This document shows, piece by piece, positions 13,301-27,200 of a stretch of 64,000 bases of DNA (position 1 is the stretch's first letter; every line of letters begins with the position of its first letter). This DNA is from Balanoglossus misakiensis (taxonomy: Eukaryota; Animalia; Hemichordata): contig CM082582.2 in assembly GCA_040954595.2 (NCBI GenBank), positions 4,820,303 to 4,884,302 on the forward strand, given 5' to 3'. A program made the position numbers and the translations under genes. The notes under the pieces were generated by a model. The model saw only the letters and a program-made list of their open reading frames with translations, did not search any database and was not told the DNA's origin.

Positions 13301-16300
13301 AAGACTGCGACAGAAGATTCAACAGGGAATTTATGTCTACACCCCACGTGGAATTAGAGAGATTTAAGAATGCTACTCCGACAGGACTTTGCAAACAGGA
13401 GAATATCGACAGAGAAAGTTCTGGTGATGGACTTCAGAAGATTGCGAGTGGTGGTGATAAGCAGGAGATATCCAGCCCTGGGAAGAAAAGAGGGGGCCTT
13501 ACAGCACTGCAGAAGACACTGCAGCAATCTCACGCCGCTGCGTCGCCAACTGCGTCGTTCACGAAGCGCGAGTTGTACACAATCGAGGAGCAGATGGAGC
13601 TGAAAGATGAGAACACCATGGCGACGGGCAGCGATGGAAGAGAGAGGGAAATCAGTCGCGCCAGAAATGAGCAGGATGAACTGATGTTGCGTGCAACGGC
13701 GGAGAGAAATTCACATCAGCTGAAAGGAAAGTTAACAAAGCTACAGGATACCTCTGACCAGAAGATGATGTCGCTTTCAAATGAAAGTTCTACTGTATCT
13801 GATGTGGACAATGAAACGACTGTGTGTTACCCTGATATGAATGGAATGCAAGAAGAGATATGGAAAGGTAAGAGTGTGATGAACAACAAAGTGGAATAAA
13901 CTCAGGTGATGCTGATACAATCAATGAGCTTGTGTGTGTGATGTGTCATCAGAAAACCAAAGCCTGGATTGTTTTGCATACATGCACCAAATTTTTTTCC
14001 AGGGGAATTTTTGCAAATGAGCAGAACACTAGTCTAAGGTACTGCAACCATGTCAGCTATTAAATATATGATGAGAGATAATGTTAGCCAGTACATTGGT
14101 ACCTTCTGTCCCCTTCCTGTACTTGTTATCATTGTGCCGACTGTACCCAGCAAATTCTTCAAAAAAAACTTGTCTTGCTTTTCTATCTACCTAGCTTTTG
14201 AACTTGCCCGATACTCCTGAAATTAATTACTGACCAAAGCCACTTGTCATTTTGATGTTACAGCCACTGATAGGCACTACAAAGCCGTATCTTAGGAATT
14301 CATGGAAACAAGTTGTTAATTTTTAAATGGCCAAACACAGTAGAACTATATGATTCTTAGAAAAGAAATTATTCAGAACATGAAAATGCAAAAATATTTT
14401 AAAAATCAATGATGGAACACTTTGTGTCTGAGGAAGACATACAGGGAAAGATGTCAGAAAGCCATTAGACATCACTGACAAAGTATACTATAATGTGTCT
14501 TCATTCCAGAATTGTATTCTACAAGTAAAGAACTAAGCCCTGAAGAAAAGAGAGAAACACCAGAACGTCCGAAATCCAGACTGCCCCATCATGCCGTGCA
14601 GGAGAGCAGACTCTCTCCACATTGGAGGAAAGAGAAGAGAGACAGGGATGAGACCAGGCAGTCACCACAACCTGTCAATCAACAAGATGATTTGATATCA
14701 CCAGATACATCTCTGGCTAAACTCATAGGTCAAAGGTCAGTGTGATCGTACACGTACACTCTTGTCTATTGCAAAAGATGGCAATTTTTCTGCATGCCTT
14801 GCAAAGATTTCCCATCATACTACAGTATTGTTCACAAGGTTTACTACTTCAGTAGTAGCTGACATGAAGACATTTTTGGTGCTACCTAATATTTTCTGTG
14901 ATGAACATAAAAATAAGATTTGATTATGTGTTTTCAAGATGCACATATGGTACATTCTACTATCCTATATAAGAAATTTAACTTTTTTTTCTGACAGAAT
15001 CATGATGCAGTTATCAGGCCCTAATACAGATAGTGCCGAGTCTGTATCCAAGAATGCACAACTGAGCAGTCAGGTGTTAGTATCTGGAGAACTCAAGCTT
15101 CGACCAATCACAGGCATTGAAAGAGCTCCATTCTGTGATCTACTGAAGCAGGTATTGATTTGACATCTGCTTTTCAATTTCTCAACATTTCTGTCAAGCA
15201 GAAAAATGGTGTAGTTTTATAACAATTGTGTCACCTCTAATATTTACATACCGGTACATGTATGCCTATGTATTGTCAAAAATGCGTGTCTGCCAATAGT
15301 GGCACTCTTCTTTTTCATGTGCTGCCCACTGAAAATCTGTAATTCGCTGTATTTGAATTTTCCATGGTAACGGTGGTTTAAAGGTATACAGTCACCTCCA
15401 ATTTACATAAGCCCATATATGGCTGAAATGGCGTATTTAAGAGTTCTAAAGAACATATGGTGGCGCTCTTTTTTTCGCATGTGCCACCCACTGAAAATCT
15501 GTGATTGGTTAGATCTCAATTTGCCATCATTGTAACTGTAGCTATATTTGCATAGGTGACCGTATACCTTTAATTCACATAGGTGACTATAACTTTAATG
15601 CCCTGTACAGTGCATAACGTGATTCCATGGGTTTTCTTGCCTAAAATGTCTATAGATACACACATTGAGGTAGCATCAGCCATTGAAACAAATCCTTCTT
15701 TTTCAGCCCCTGGAAGAATTAGGTTTCGCAGGACCAACCCTTGTGCAAGCCTATGCATGGCCTGCTATATTAAGAGGCCGAGACTTTGTTGGTATCTCGT
15801 CCAGAGGTAGTGGTAAAACACTGGCTTATTTGCTGCCAGTAATGACACAACTGTTGCAGGCCAGTACATATGCCTCCCTGCCACCTGGGGAAGGGGTAAG
15901 CACTTATTTAAGGTATTTTCAAGTGTATAATGTTGTTAGACTACAGATTACAGTGAGTGCAGATTGAAGATAAGAGATGACTTAATTGTATCTTCCTATC
16001 CGAAATGCCTGCATTGCATATATATGTACCCACAAAGTTATGTTGTGGAACTATAAAACTCCTTTATTTTTGTATGCCTAGATATATTGGATATGGTTGT
16101 GACTCCCCTTTCGATCTATAATTCATCCTCAAATTTTTTATCAGCTTTCTGCATGCATATTCTTCTATCATCATCATCAACCCAATGAAGAAAATCTATG
16201 TATTTTGTAAACTGAATCTTTTATGGAAAAAAAATCTTATGAGATAAATAGTGAACTGTATTTGAATTTAACCCATCTCTGAAATTCTTCATAAGTTTGT

Positions 16301-19300
16301 TCCACACTGCAAAAATTTTCAGTTGTGTGTGGAATTGTCAAAATGATGTCCAGAAAGGTTTTAGAGAGCAACAGCCTCTAGGAATTTTGGGGTAGTCTGT
16401 CTATGTCATCAAGACTAACTTTCCATCCATTCAATTTGACAGCCATTAGCAGTGATCCTGTCTCCATCTTGGAAAAGAGCACAGTTCATTTATGATAATA
16501 GCAGATTATACCTGGAAGACTGCAAAACAACGAGACATCTTGTCATCTTTGGTGCAGGTTCTGAAGAAAATCTAGTGGTGAGTCGACTTTCTCCTCATTT
16601 GAAAGTTTATTTCCCAAGTAATCTTCCATCAGGGATAGCATGCAGAACAGTTCAGCCATGAGTCTGCTAATAAAAGTGATAAAAAACATCCATATTTCAT
16701 AATTGATAAACTGAACATTACAAGATGACTGCGTTTATTTCAGTATCCTTTGCTGAACGGCTGTGAATTACTCGTAGCAACCCCTAACTGTTTGTTGCGG
16801 ATGTTAGAAAAGGGCTACACAAGTTTGAGAAGACTTTGTCATCTGGTAGGTACTGGTTATTGTTGGCTTCTTGTTATCTCCACTGATGGTCATAATTATT
16901 GGTTTGCAAATTGACTCGTGTATTGTTATGCTATAGGCATGATACTTGCAATTGATTGTGTCTGTTGTAGAAATCTGAGACTTAACATGCTGTACTAGTC
17001 TAGTACCTAGCCATATTTTGTCCACTTTGCTTCCAAAACTAACATAGACTAATGCTGTACAGGCCACCCCTTGTTTCTCAAGGGCTGTTAGGATAATACC
17101 ACAATACTGTCTGCATTACTACTTCTACAGAGAGATCACAGCAAAGTGCTGGTTTTCATGTTACTTTTTGTTGCAGTAGTTATTTATCTGGTATTTATTG
17201 TTTACTTTCCATTGAAGTGTTTATTTATCAAATATATTGATAAATCGATTCAGCAATTGGTGTCTGTGACATGGTAAATTTGTACGGTATGGTGTCTGGT
17301 CTTATACATAGGGTTGTGATAGTGGGGCGGGGCTACCGTAGTGTGTTGAAAAGACTGAAAGCAGGACTTCTAAATAATAGATCTACAAATTGTTTCATCT
17401 GCAGGTCTTTGATGATGCCGATATTCTTGTGGATGACTTCACTCTCCAAGTAAGTAGTTGTTGCCACAGCTACAGGCAAAATCCTTCATTGAAACCTGTA
17501 CCCTGACTTTTGATGTTTAAATTTTTGTTTTGTAATTAAAAACAGATTTACAGTATAGAAAAGTCAAATTTGGGATATCAGGGAATTACAAAATTTCCCT
17601 GTCTTTTGATAGGAATTTGACACTGCCTGCACTGCCTACCCTTTTCTTGGGCCTAAAGCTTACAGAGGAAACCTGATTCAGATAAATAAGTATTGAACAG
17701 GGAGACATAGCCCCAATGAATCTTTAGCCAACAACATTGTGTGTCATGAATTGCTGTGCACATTAAATACTTATTTCCTTTCAATCTCTGTAAATTGTCA
17801 TATAAAATTAGTTTTGATATCTGTTATTTTTAGCTGAAAGAAATAATGAAGCACTATGGCAAAGCATTGAGTATTGACTCCAAAAGGTCCTCACCAAGAC
17901 AAGTGATTATTATGAGCCCTGTTTGGAGTGTTGGAATTAAATCTCTCGTTGATGCTTATCTGACTGATCAGTTGGTGGCCATCACATCAAAAGTAGAAGC
18001 TGCAATCTTTGGACAAGTCAAACAGGTAAGATATTTTACTCTGTTGAACATTTGGCGTTCTCTATTGTACAATGTATTTAAGTAGTCTTGAAATGTTGTT
18101 GTTTTATTTTTAAAGAGCCAAACATTTTTTGAATCTCTTGGAAATCTGTTGCGAGAACTATGATCTTGTATTTGAGATGAATGTGACTGAACACTGCCTA
18201 TTTTTTATTTATTTAATTTTTTATTGACTTAATATGTTTATTAGTATCAAAAGAGAAGTTTTCTTGTCATGGGTGATAAAGTTTGTTTAGTTGGCCTGCA
18301 AAGTCAAAAAAGAAATGTTAGATAGTTTACAGTGGTAGGCAGTGCCCAGGAAGACTGCAAGATGTTTTCCATTGAGAAATTGTATGTTTTGATGATCAAT
18401 CATCATTTATATCTGTCACTGTATTTTGTGACAATTTTCAAACCTACATCAAACTAAAACTTATAATCCATCTTTTGTGTGTCTTCAATTTTCTTCCTCT
18501 ACATAAGGTTGTGCGTGTATGTCACTCAAATCAAAGATATACAGAACTGTTAGACAGCTTAGACACAGCTCTGAACCAATCCAACAAAACCATCATATTC
18601 ACCAGTAACAAATCAGATGCCATGCGCATACAACAGGTGAGTAAAATTGTATTTAATTTTGTGCATTATTAACCCTTTCACCCCCTGTTGCCTCTTGAGA
18701 GGTCCAACCTAACCATAGAAAACAATGGGTTTGGACTGAACCATGGTGGTGAAAGGGTTAATCTGTTGTGATGTGTCATCTGATGAGGTGTAGTGAAAAA
18801 GAATGAACAATGTTTCATTAACTATCCCACTTCATTACTGGACACAAAACTTGCTATGGGAATAGCCCATTTATTCACCAGAAGATGTTAACAGTGCACT
18901 GACATTGAATATTTTTCTCAGATTGACAGATTAATAGCTACAAGAAAAATATAAAGAAATCAAGCCAATTACTGGCAAGATTTTTGCTCCTTCCTTGACC
19001 TGATTTGGTTTTAAGTCACCAGTACTGAACATTTTAATGATGATATTATAAGCCATTAATTACATTACATTACACTTACAAGTGTTTCATTTATACATTG
19101 CATATTGCTAGTTGCTAAACAGCTACAGCCACTTCACTCTGTTGGCTCATCATGGTCTGATGGGGATGCAGTTGGATCATGTTGTAGCAGAGTGGAAAGC
19201 GAAACATAGGGATGACTCCAAACCTATCCTAGGTAAGATTCATGTGCATGGTCGATGTCTTGGTCACATCAATTAATCTGATCATGATTATAATAAACAC

Positions 19301-22300
19301 TGTAAAACAGAATTTTTTGCGAGTGCCAGAAAAACTTGAAAATAAATAAAAATAAATTTTGACATAAAGGAACCCTGAAATTGTTGCAAAAGTTGATATT
19401 ACGAAAATTTCTCGTCGTGAAAATTTCCTGTTTTACAGTACATAATGTGCACAACAAAGTTTGTGATATGAAACCAATTCTTAGGTTTTTAAAACAACTG
19501 AAATGAGATTGATGCTGTCAGACGTCTGTTTGGATTGATGACAAGTAATGTCACAATTTCAGATGTTGCTTTTCATTAATATTGGTGAAAAATGCCTTCT
19601 CTACATACAAGGAACTTTAAATATAAAAAGAATGCTTGTGATGTATGTATATAGTGATGTATAAAATGTTGTGGATTGCATTTTTAGTTATGGCAGATGA
19701 TGTGATCCGTGAGCTGGCCATCACTGATGCAACCTGCATCATTCATTACGACTTCCCATCCAGCAAACAGAAGTTTGGAAACAGACTTGGTTGCATGTCT
19801 GGCAGTTTTGCACAAGATAACAAGGTAATGTTCGAGTAAATAATATGCCATCTGTGCTGGGTAGAGTTTGAAACTTACTTCTGAATGTTGTAAGAAGAGG
19901 GTTTTTTTATGGAGTACATCAGTTGACTACATTCATTGAAAGACCAGTTAAGTAGTAGAAATTCCTGATATTTTTATTTCTGTTTGTAATTTAAAGTATT
20001 TTGTTTAACAGTCAGCAATGTCATGTCTTCATCCGTCAGTTTTTTGGTATTATTAACAAGATATGCACTATCTGATAAAGTTACTACTGTACACAACATA
20101 ACACTTGAAGAATAAGATATATGACTCAAAGTATTCTTTGAAACTGTTTAATATGCATGAATTTTGAACCCTTAAGCTGGCATTTGTAGCAAAGAATCTA
20201 CCATTTTGATTGGGTGAATTGTTAGCACTGTTGTTATTAACAACCAAATATACCCATGCAGCCCATATTTACATTAGGAACAGATTGACATATTCAAACT
20301 GACCTCTTGAGCATCCATTAAAACCCTGAATGTAAAATTCTAATACACTTAGTGTTTTGTGTTTTGAAATGTAGGAGAGTTCAACAGCACAAATCCAGTG
20401 TTCCTCAGTTCTGTTGGTGACAGAAACATGTCAGAGACACATCCCAGCATTAGTGTGTCTGCTGAAGAGAATGGGTCGACAAGCAATACCAAAACAGCTG
20501 GAGGATATGTTAGCACAAGCAACACAGGTAAGATTAGTTTTGCTTAGTTGGAAATCAGTCAATATTCTTTGCTGATCCAATCCAATTTTTACAGTAGTCA
20601 TGTGTACCTTCCACAAATTAAGCCTCTAAGTTTTAAGGATATTTTGCAGTGTCTAATTGGAAATTGTGTAAAACTAATGTAGTGTAAAACACTTTGTAAA
20701 TTAATTAATATTTATTGAATTGAAGGAAAATGATCTACATTGATTAAAGCAACAGTTTTTCAGAAATAAATTTGATATATATGTGACTGCTTTTTTCTCA
20801 TCCTGACATTTGAGTTTAAAATTCTTCAAACCTTCTCTTTCAGATCAAGGAAATTGAAAAGCGAATGCAACCACTGTGTTCACAGTTGAAAGCATACGGC
20901 ACATGCAGGTATGTTTAGATGCTTGTAAGAATGTAGTTTTAGGAATGTCAGTCACCACCATAGTTCGTTTCAAATCCATTGTTTCTATGGTAAAATTGGA
21001 CCTGGAGGTGAAAGGGTTAAAGACAGGCAATTTTGTAAAGATACTAGTCAGTATTAATGGCATAATCAGGAATCAGTTTTTCATGAAAATCATCATGGAA
21101 GTAAACAAGTGTAATTTGACAATGTGGCTAGGTAATCCAAAATATAATTTATTGAAAACATGTACATCAGCAGCAAGTTCAAAAGAGTTTAAGTGGGATC
21201 GTCTTTTTAATCAGTGTGTACATTTATATGTGTTAAAGTTTGTGAATGACTGTTAATAATTTTCTGACAATTTTTAACAGAGATGCTGTCGTTTGTGACT
21301 ATCGCCACCAAGTGTTTCCAGATCTGGATGCTCCTAAGCTGCCAATAACCGGCTTTGTCAAGGTATGTACCAATTATTTCCTGTCAGATGATTGAAGGAC
21401 ATTCTGCATGAATTTCTAACAGTGTTGACACTATTGCAATCAACACTTTTTTAAGTCCCGGAATTTTGAATTAGTGGCATCAGCATCAAATCCTTGGTGC
21501 TACAAGTTTATAATGTCACAAAAATTTATGTGCAACTGAGTGATCTGGAAACTAAGTCTTAACTATTGGAAGTATTGGTGGAAACGTAAAAAAACATGTA
21601 GGTGAACTGCAGTGAGTGAGAAGTCAGTTGCCAAAATGCATTATGCAGTCGGAATGCTTGTATATTTCCGTAGCTTGGCCCGAAATATTATTTTCAGTTT
21701 TTCACCCATAATGCGATGTGCTCGAAGTATAAATACCATGTACAAACTCAGTTTGGATAATGACACATATGCAGTCGAATTTGCTAAGTTATGGAATTCT
21801 TGGAGAATTACTATAATCACAGAGGTATATATGTATTTACTATGATATATACAGGTGTTGATCACACATGTTGTGGATGCAACCCATTTCTACGCCCGTA
21901 TTCTGGAACACAGAGCCTCTGAAACCAGTCAGCCGAGTGAGACCATAGCAACACAGTATGTAGAACTGTCCATGCAGATGGCATTGTGGTACAACGACCC
22001 TAGCAACAAGGTGATTCATGCGAATGTCAGAGTCGATGAGCTTTGTGCAGTTGAAGACAAAAGAAGACGTACTTTTCAGAGAGTCAGAGTCAGTCTGGTT
22101 CAATCTGATGTGAAGGTAAAATAAAAAATCATATCAATAGTTGAAATTTTATCCTACAATAACATGTCAGGAGTTCAGCTTCAGATTTGCAAAAACTCGA
22201 GTGCTGTACAGTTGTATTTCTTAGGAAGTCCAATGAGAATGGGTCAAGTGCGCCCTCTATGTCCACGAACCACTGCCTCAACAAACTCACTGGTAACCCA

Positions 22301-24238
22301 AGAAAATTATCCACAATGCATGCAAAGGTATAGGGCGGGAGACTTAGAAATTCTAGAAATCCTCAAATTGACTCAAAGAAATAAATTTTGTTTGTTAGAG
22401 GGCACACTGATTGGGTCTCATGTCATCCCCTCTTGCACATCGTACATGATGACAGTAAATTGCATGTGATGTTTTGTAACTGATTTCCGACATATTCCTT
22501 TGACTGTTTTAGGTTCATTACATTGATGAGGGCAGGAGTGCTACCGTTGAAAAGACACAGCTGCTGGTATTGCCTCTGCAATTCCATGATGTACCAAGTC
22601 AGGTACAAGTGATACCTGTCTTTAGGGACAATTCTCTTATCAGGAAACCTCTCTATTAAGCACAGATATTTTGACACAAAATTTACACTTTGAAAAAGAG
22701 CAGTTTTTCTGTTCCCAAAGGTGTCCTTCATAGACAGTTTTCACTGTAGATGTGTATGAAAGTTTTGTGTTTGACATGAGTCGATTCTCATTAGTATATG
22801 ATAGAAATGATCAAAGTGTGCAGATTAGAAAAAATTGAAAAATTGAATACATGTCACAATTTAAGTGTATATAACAATTTTATTCCATTTTGACGACTTT
22901 GATTTTGAATTGCCTTATTGTATACTGGGTACATGTTAGTAAGTTATTGTTTTTTACCATGTGAACAAAACCATATATTCATTACAGAATTGGTTTTCAA
23001 ATTGAGGAATGGAATTATGGGAAAAATTTTGGGGACTTTTACATAGAACAAACAACCACTAGTTACGCATATGTAAAGTAAATACAGAATATTTTTTTTA
23101 TATTTTGACAGGTGGTTGAAGTATTCGCATGCAGAGTGAAACCTGTGGATCAAGATCCTGATTGGACCGTTCAGGTATATACATGTATTAGCATTATTTC
23201 AACTCCTCCACGGCCAATAGTATTGCTTAGATATTTCAAACCATAAACACTAGGCAAGGCGTTATACATATAAATCTTTACTATCTTTACTATTTTTGAT
23301 ATTCTGGCAGGCATCTTACCATGTATATGAACTGATCAGTGGTAAACAGATGGATGGCAAGATTGTACTATGGTAAGTAACAAACACTGGTAGTTTCAAA
23401 CTAAGTTACTAACGGCATTACTAAGAAAATATTTTCTATCGAAAAGTAGTCTGGTTACTAACATATCTGTCTGGATGACTCTTTCTGTAGTGATTTACAA
23501 GTTTAACCATGGTAACAATCGAGTAAGACAAAACAGACGGGTGGAAACTTTTCCTGTGGTCATAATATGTCATCATCATGACTACCAGTAGACTGTACTA
23601 ATCAAAGAAATTCATAGGAACCACGTGGAAATATGTTCAAATTGGTTTTCCTTACCAAATAAGTGCTAGCAAACATTTCAAATCTGAACCACCACCACCA
23701 TCATCATTACTTTCATGCATATGGTCACCATCATCATCATGATACCCACCACCACCATCATCATCATCACAACCTCTACCACCACCATCACCCAGCTAGG
23801 ACTAACATATTCCATCTTCTTTTCAGCTTAGGGAAGACTCTGTGGCTGGATCCTCTACTGGAACGGACAGCATTGAAAGAATTGAATGCCATTGCAAATG
23901 CAAACAATGTCAGAAGGGAACTACTGAAGAATGGATTTGGACTTGAAAACCATCAAGTGAGTTGTCTTGCCTTTTTGTGTACAAGAACAGAGTTCAAAAC
24001 TTTTTTTATGGAAAAACACAACTAAGTTTACCATGAAGATATATGCACGAATGTTAGATTGTTAAATGAATCTGTTAATATATAGAGATAAAGGTAGCTG
24101 AAGATAAATCTCTGGTTGCAGATGGATAGGGTAAATTTGTCTTCAGACTAGATTGCAAGGCTACTTAGAAAACCCCTCCAATGTTTGCAGGGTTGCCATT
24201 CGGTTGTTGATTGATTGATTGATTGATTGGTTGGTTGG

Positions 24239-24276
<38 letters not shown>

Positions 24277-27200
24277 TATTGATTGAAGCTTTTGACCCCC
24301 TTGACAATTCTTTCACTCACAGCACATAGAAGCCTTGTATAACCTCTGTGAAGACGTTGTACCTTACAACAAGACAAGTCAAAATCAAGAAACTATTCAG
24401 TATACTGTTGGTGAAAAAATGGTGGATGTGAAACGCCAAGATGGAGAACAGGTAGATGAGGTTTGTAGTGGGATGGAAGCCATGGATCTTCACAACAGAG
24501 GTTTGGAGAGAAAATTGAGGTGAGATATAGCCAGATGACAGTCAAGATACATTGCTGATTTTTTATACTCATTATCCAGTGAACATAATTGTATTGTGAT
24601 TTGTTTTGTCCAGTGCAGTTTAATAGCAAAATTTCATTCAATGAAAGTAAGACTTGTCAAGACACCGTGAATGCTGTGACAAAAAAATCCAACAGTGATA
24701 CATTGTAAAATCAATTATGCAGTTGCGTCTGTCGTTAAGATTGGTGTATTACTGTATATGGATGTCTCAAATTCTAGTTATATGTGTAATTTTTTCTGTT
24801 CAATTCTCTTGTATTTATTTTTTCGTGCATCAGTGCGAAGGGTGCAGACAAGAAAGTACAAGTTGAATCATTTGGTGATTCCAAGTTCTGTAAAGTGTAT
24901 GTAGTTTCTGTCGAGTCACCAGAATTGTTTTATGTACATCTCAAAGACACTGAACACAAGTGAGTAAAATGAATATTGATTGACCATGAAGAATGTCTTG
25001 TGGTTTCTGCCTTTCAGAATTAATAGTTTTTTATCAAATGAGGAGTTATCGATTTTTTATTAATTAAAAAAAACGTCAGAAATGAAAAGCTTAATACATG
25101 TATTTCTTAGGAAACCATTGGTTGTGTAGGTAACCATTTAAGAACTGTTTCTTCACATCTCCTTTACAGACTTGAAGAACTCATGAAAGAGATCAACACA
25201 GCTGACTTGTCCCATTGCAGCCAAGAGATGGAGTTTCACAAAGGCGATTTCTGTCTTGCAGTATTCTCCCTTGAAAACAGGTAAAACACAAACGTCACAT
25301 TTTTGAAAGTTTGCTTCATAATTTTGAGGAATATAAAAAAGACCATGATCTGCAAACTGTGCTATATAGAAGATATTTAAGTCAACTTTGTGTACCGTAT
25401 GTGTTTATTCCACAGATGGAATAGAGGAGTAGTTACATCTGTGACAGATACTGGTTGCTATGATGTATTCTTTGTTGACTATGGTGACAATGAAGTTGTA
25501 AGCAGAGACAATATCAGACCAATTCCCAATGCTTTCTTAGAGGTAATTTCATTCACTGCATGTTACAAGTTTAATGCTGCATGTCAAGAGTTCAACTTTA
25601 AAAGAATAATAAAATGGTTGACTTTTGTTACTATATATTTTCTGTTGACATTGATTCTTTGTACTTTTATTTGCATCAAACTAGTTCAAACTGACGATAA
25701 AATGCAAGTGTTAAATCAATATTTGAAATTTGTAAACAGTTACCATTCCAAGCCATCCAGTGTAAGTTGTGGAATGTTTGTCCAGCTGTTGGTATGGAAT
25801 GGCCAGAGTCTGCTGGAGATGCCATGTGGAACTTGTCAACGGATCAAGATAACAAGAAAGTCATGTTTGCTAAGGTAAGCAATCACGGTTGCTAAGGTAA
25901 ACAGTCTGTACAATAGATCAATTTTGTAACAGCCAGGCAAGTAAAACAAAAGTTTATCATTGAATATGTATTTTTATGTTTCCAATCATTGTCACCAGTT
26001 CACATGTTGAATCCAGGTTGGTATTTTGACCACAGTCTTTAACACACACTGGTAACCATACAGATTCTGGAACATATTGAACATAAAATCATTCATGGTT
26101 GAATCTGGAAGTGTTTCCTGTGTTGTTGTTTTTTTATTTATTTGTTTGTTTGTTTGTTTGTTTGTTTGTTTGTCTATCTTACCTATCAGGTATTTTCAAA
26201 GGAGAAGTTGCCAAGAGACTCCTATACAGATTTACGTTACAAAGTTGAGTTGCACGATTCTAGTACAAGTCATGATGTCATCATGAGTCAAGAACTGATG
26301 TATCATGGCCATGCTGTAGGATCTCCAGACTCTGTCAAAGTAAGTAACTTCTTTGAATGTAGGTTTGAAGACATACCATGTATGTGGGGAGGACAGCACT
26401 GTTATTGTTTTGAAAAAGTCAAATTTTACATCAATAGCTAGTTGTCTGGCCAGTGTAATGATTAGATTACTCTATGTACAGGGCTTTTGTTGTCCAGTCT
26501 GAAATGTCGTCCTTAGAAGAAAACTATCATTTTTGTCGCACTCTCATGATTATACATGTACCTGTCCAAGGTTTCAAGCCCATTCAAGTTCTCCTATGGC
26601 ATGCCCAGTTGTTCAAACAATATAATGTGGGAGTAATATTACCTTAGTTCCACCACCAATTCATTAATTTAAAAAAAAATATCATTATTTCGCATTTCCA
26701 TGACATTATTACCTTCCTTCCTTCCTTCTATCTTGTCAGGTTTTGTTTCCACAAGTCAGAGGCATTGGTTCGTTTCTAAATCTGCAGGATTCCTCCTTAC
26801 CATCCTTGCTGCCAGATCTGTGTGCAGGACTTTATCTCACTCAGGTATGTAATCATTTCTACGGAAAGCAAACACTGTGTGATTGTGTTCTAGACATCGT
26901 AAATCAGGAATACCCATTTTGTCTTTTGTTCTCTCTGATTTAACATGATATTTCTTTTCTTTTCTTTTTATTATTGTGAACAGGAACTAGTGGAGAAAGT
27001 TCAAGTAGCAGAGTTTGTTTGTCAGATTGTGACTGACAGGTAAGTTGTCTAATTTTTGTCATGTCTACTGTATCAATGTTTTCTTGATTTGAGAATGGAG
27101 AAATGCCACGTGAGAAATAATGATTAAAACAACATGAACTTACTGTGGTAACTACAGTTACATTTGCTGATATTTTATTCAGTTTTGATGATTCATTGTA

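Noticed and set aside
12925-13899. 324-aa ORF as a stand-alone gene
   Set aside because: Bounded by an acceptor at 12924 and a donor at 13868; it is an internal linker exon of TDRD12.
23663-23826. His-rich N-terminus of ORF 23663-24025
   Set aside because: Intronic CAT/CAC microsatellite; the real exon begins at 23827 (LGKTLWLDP).
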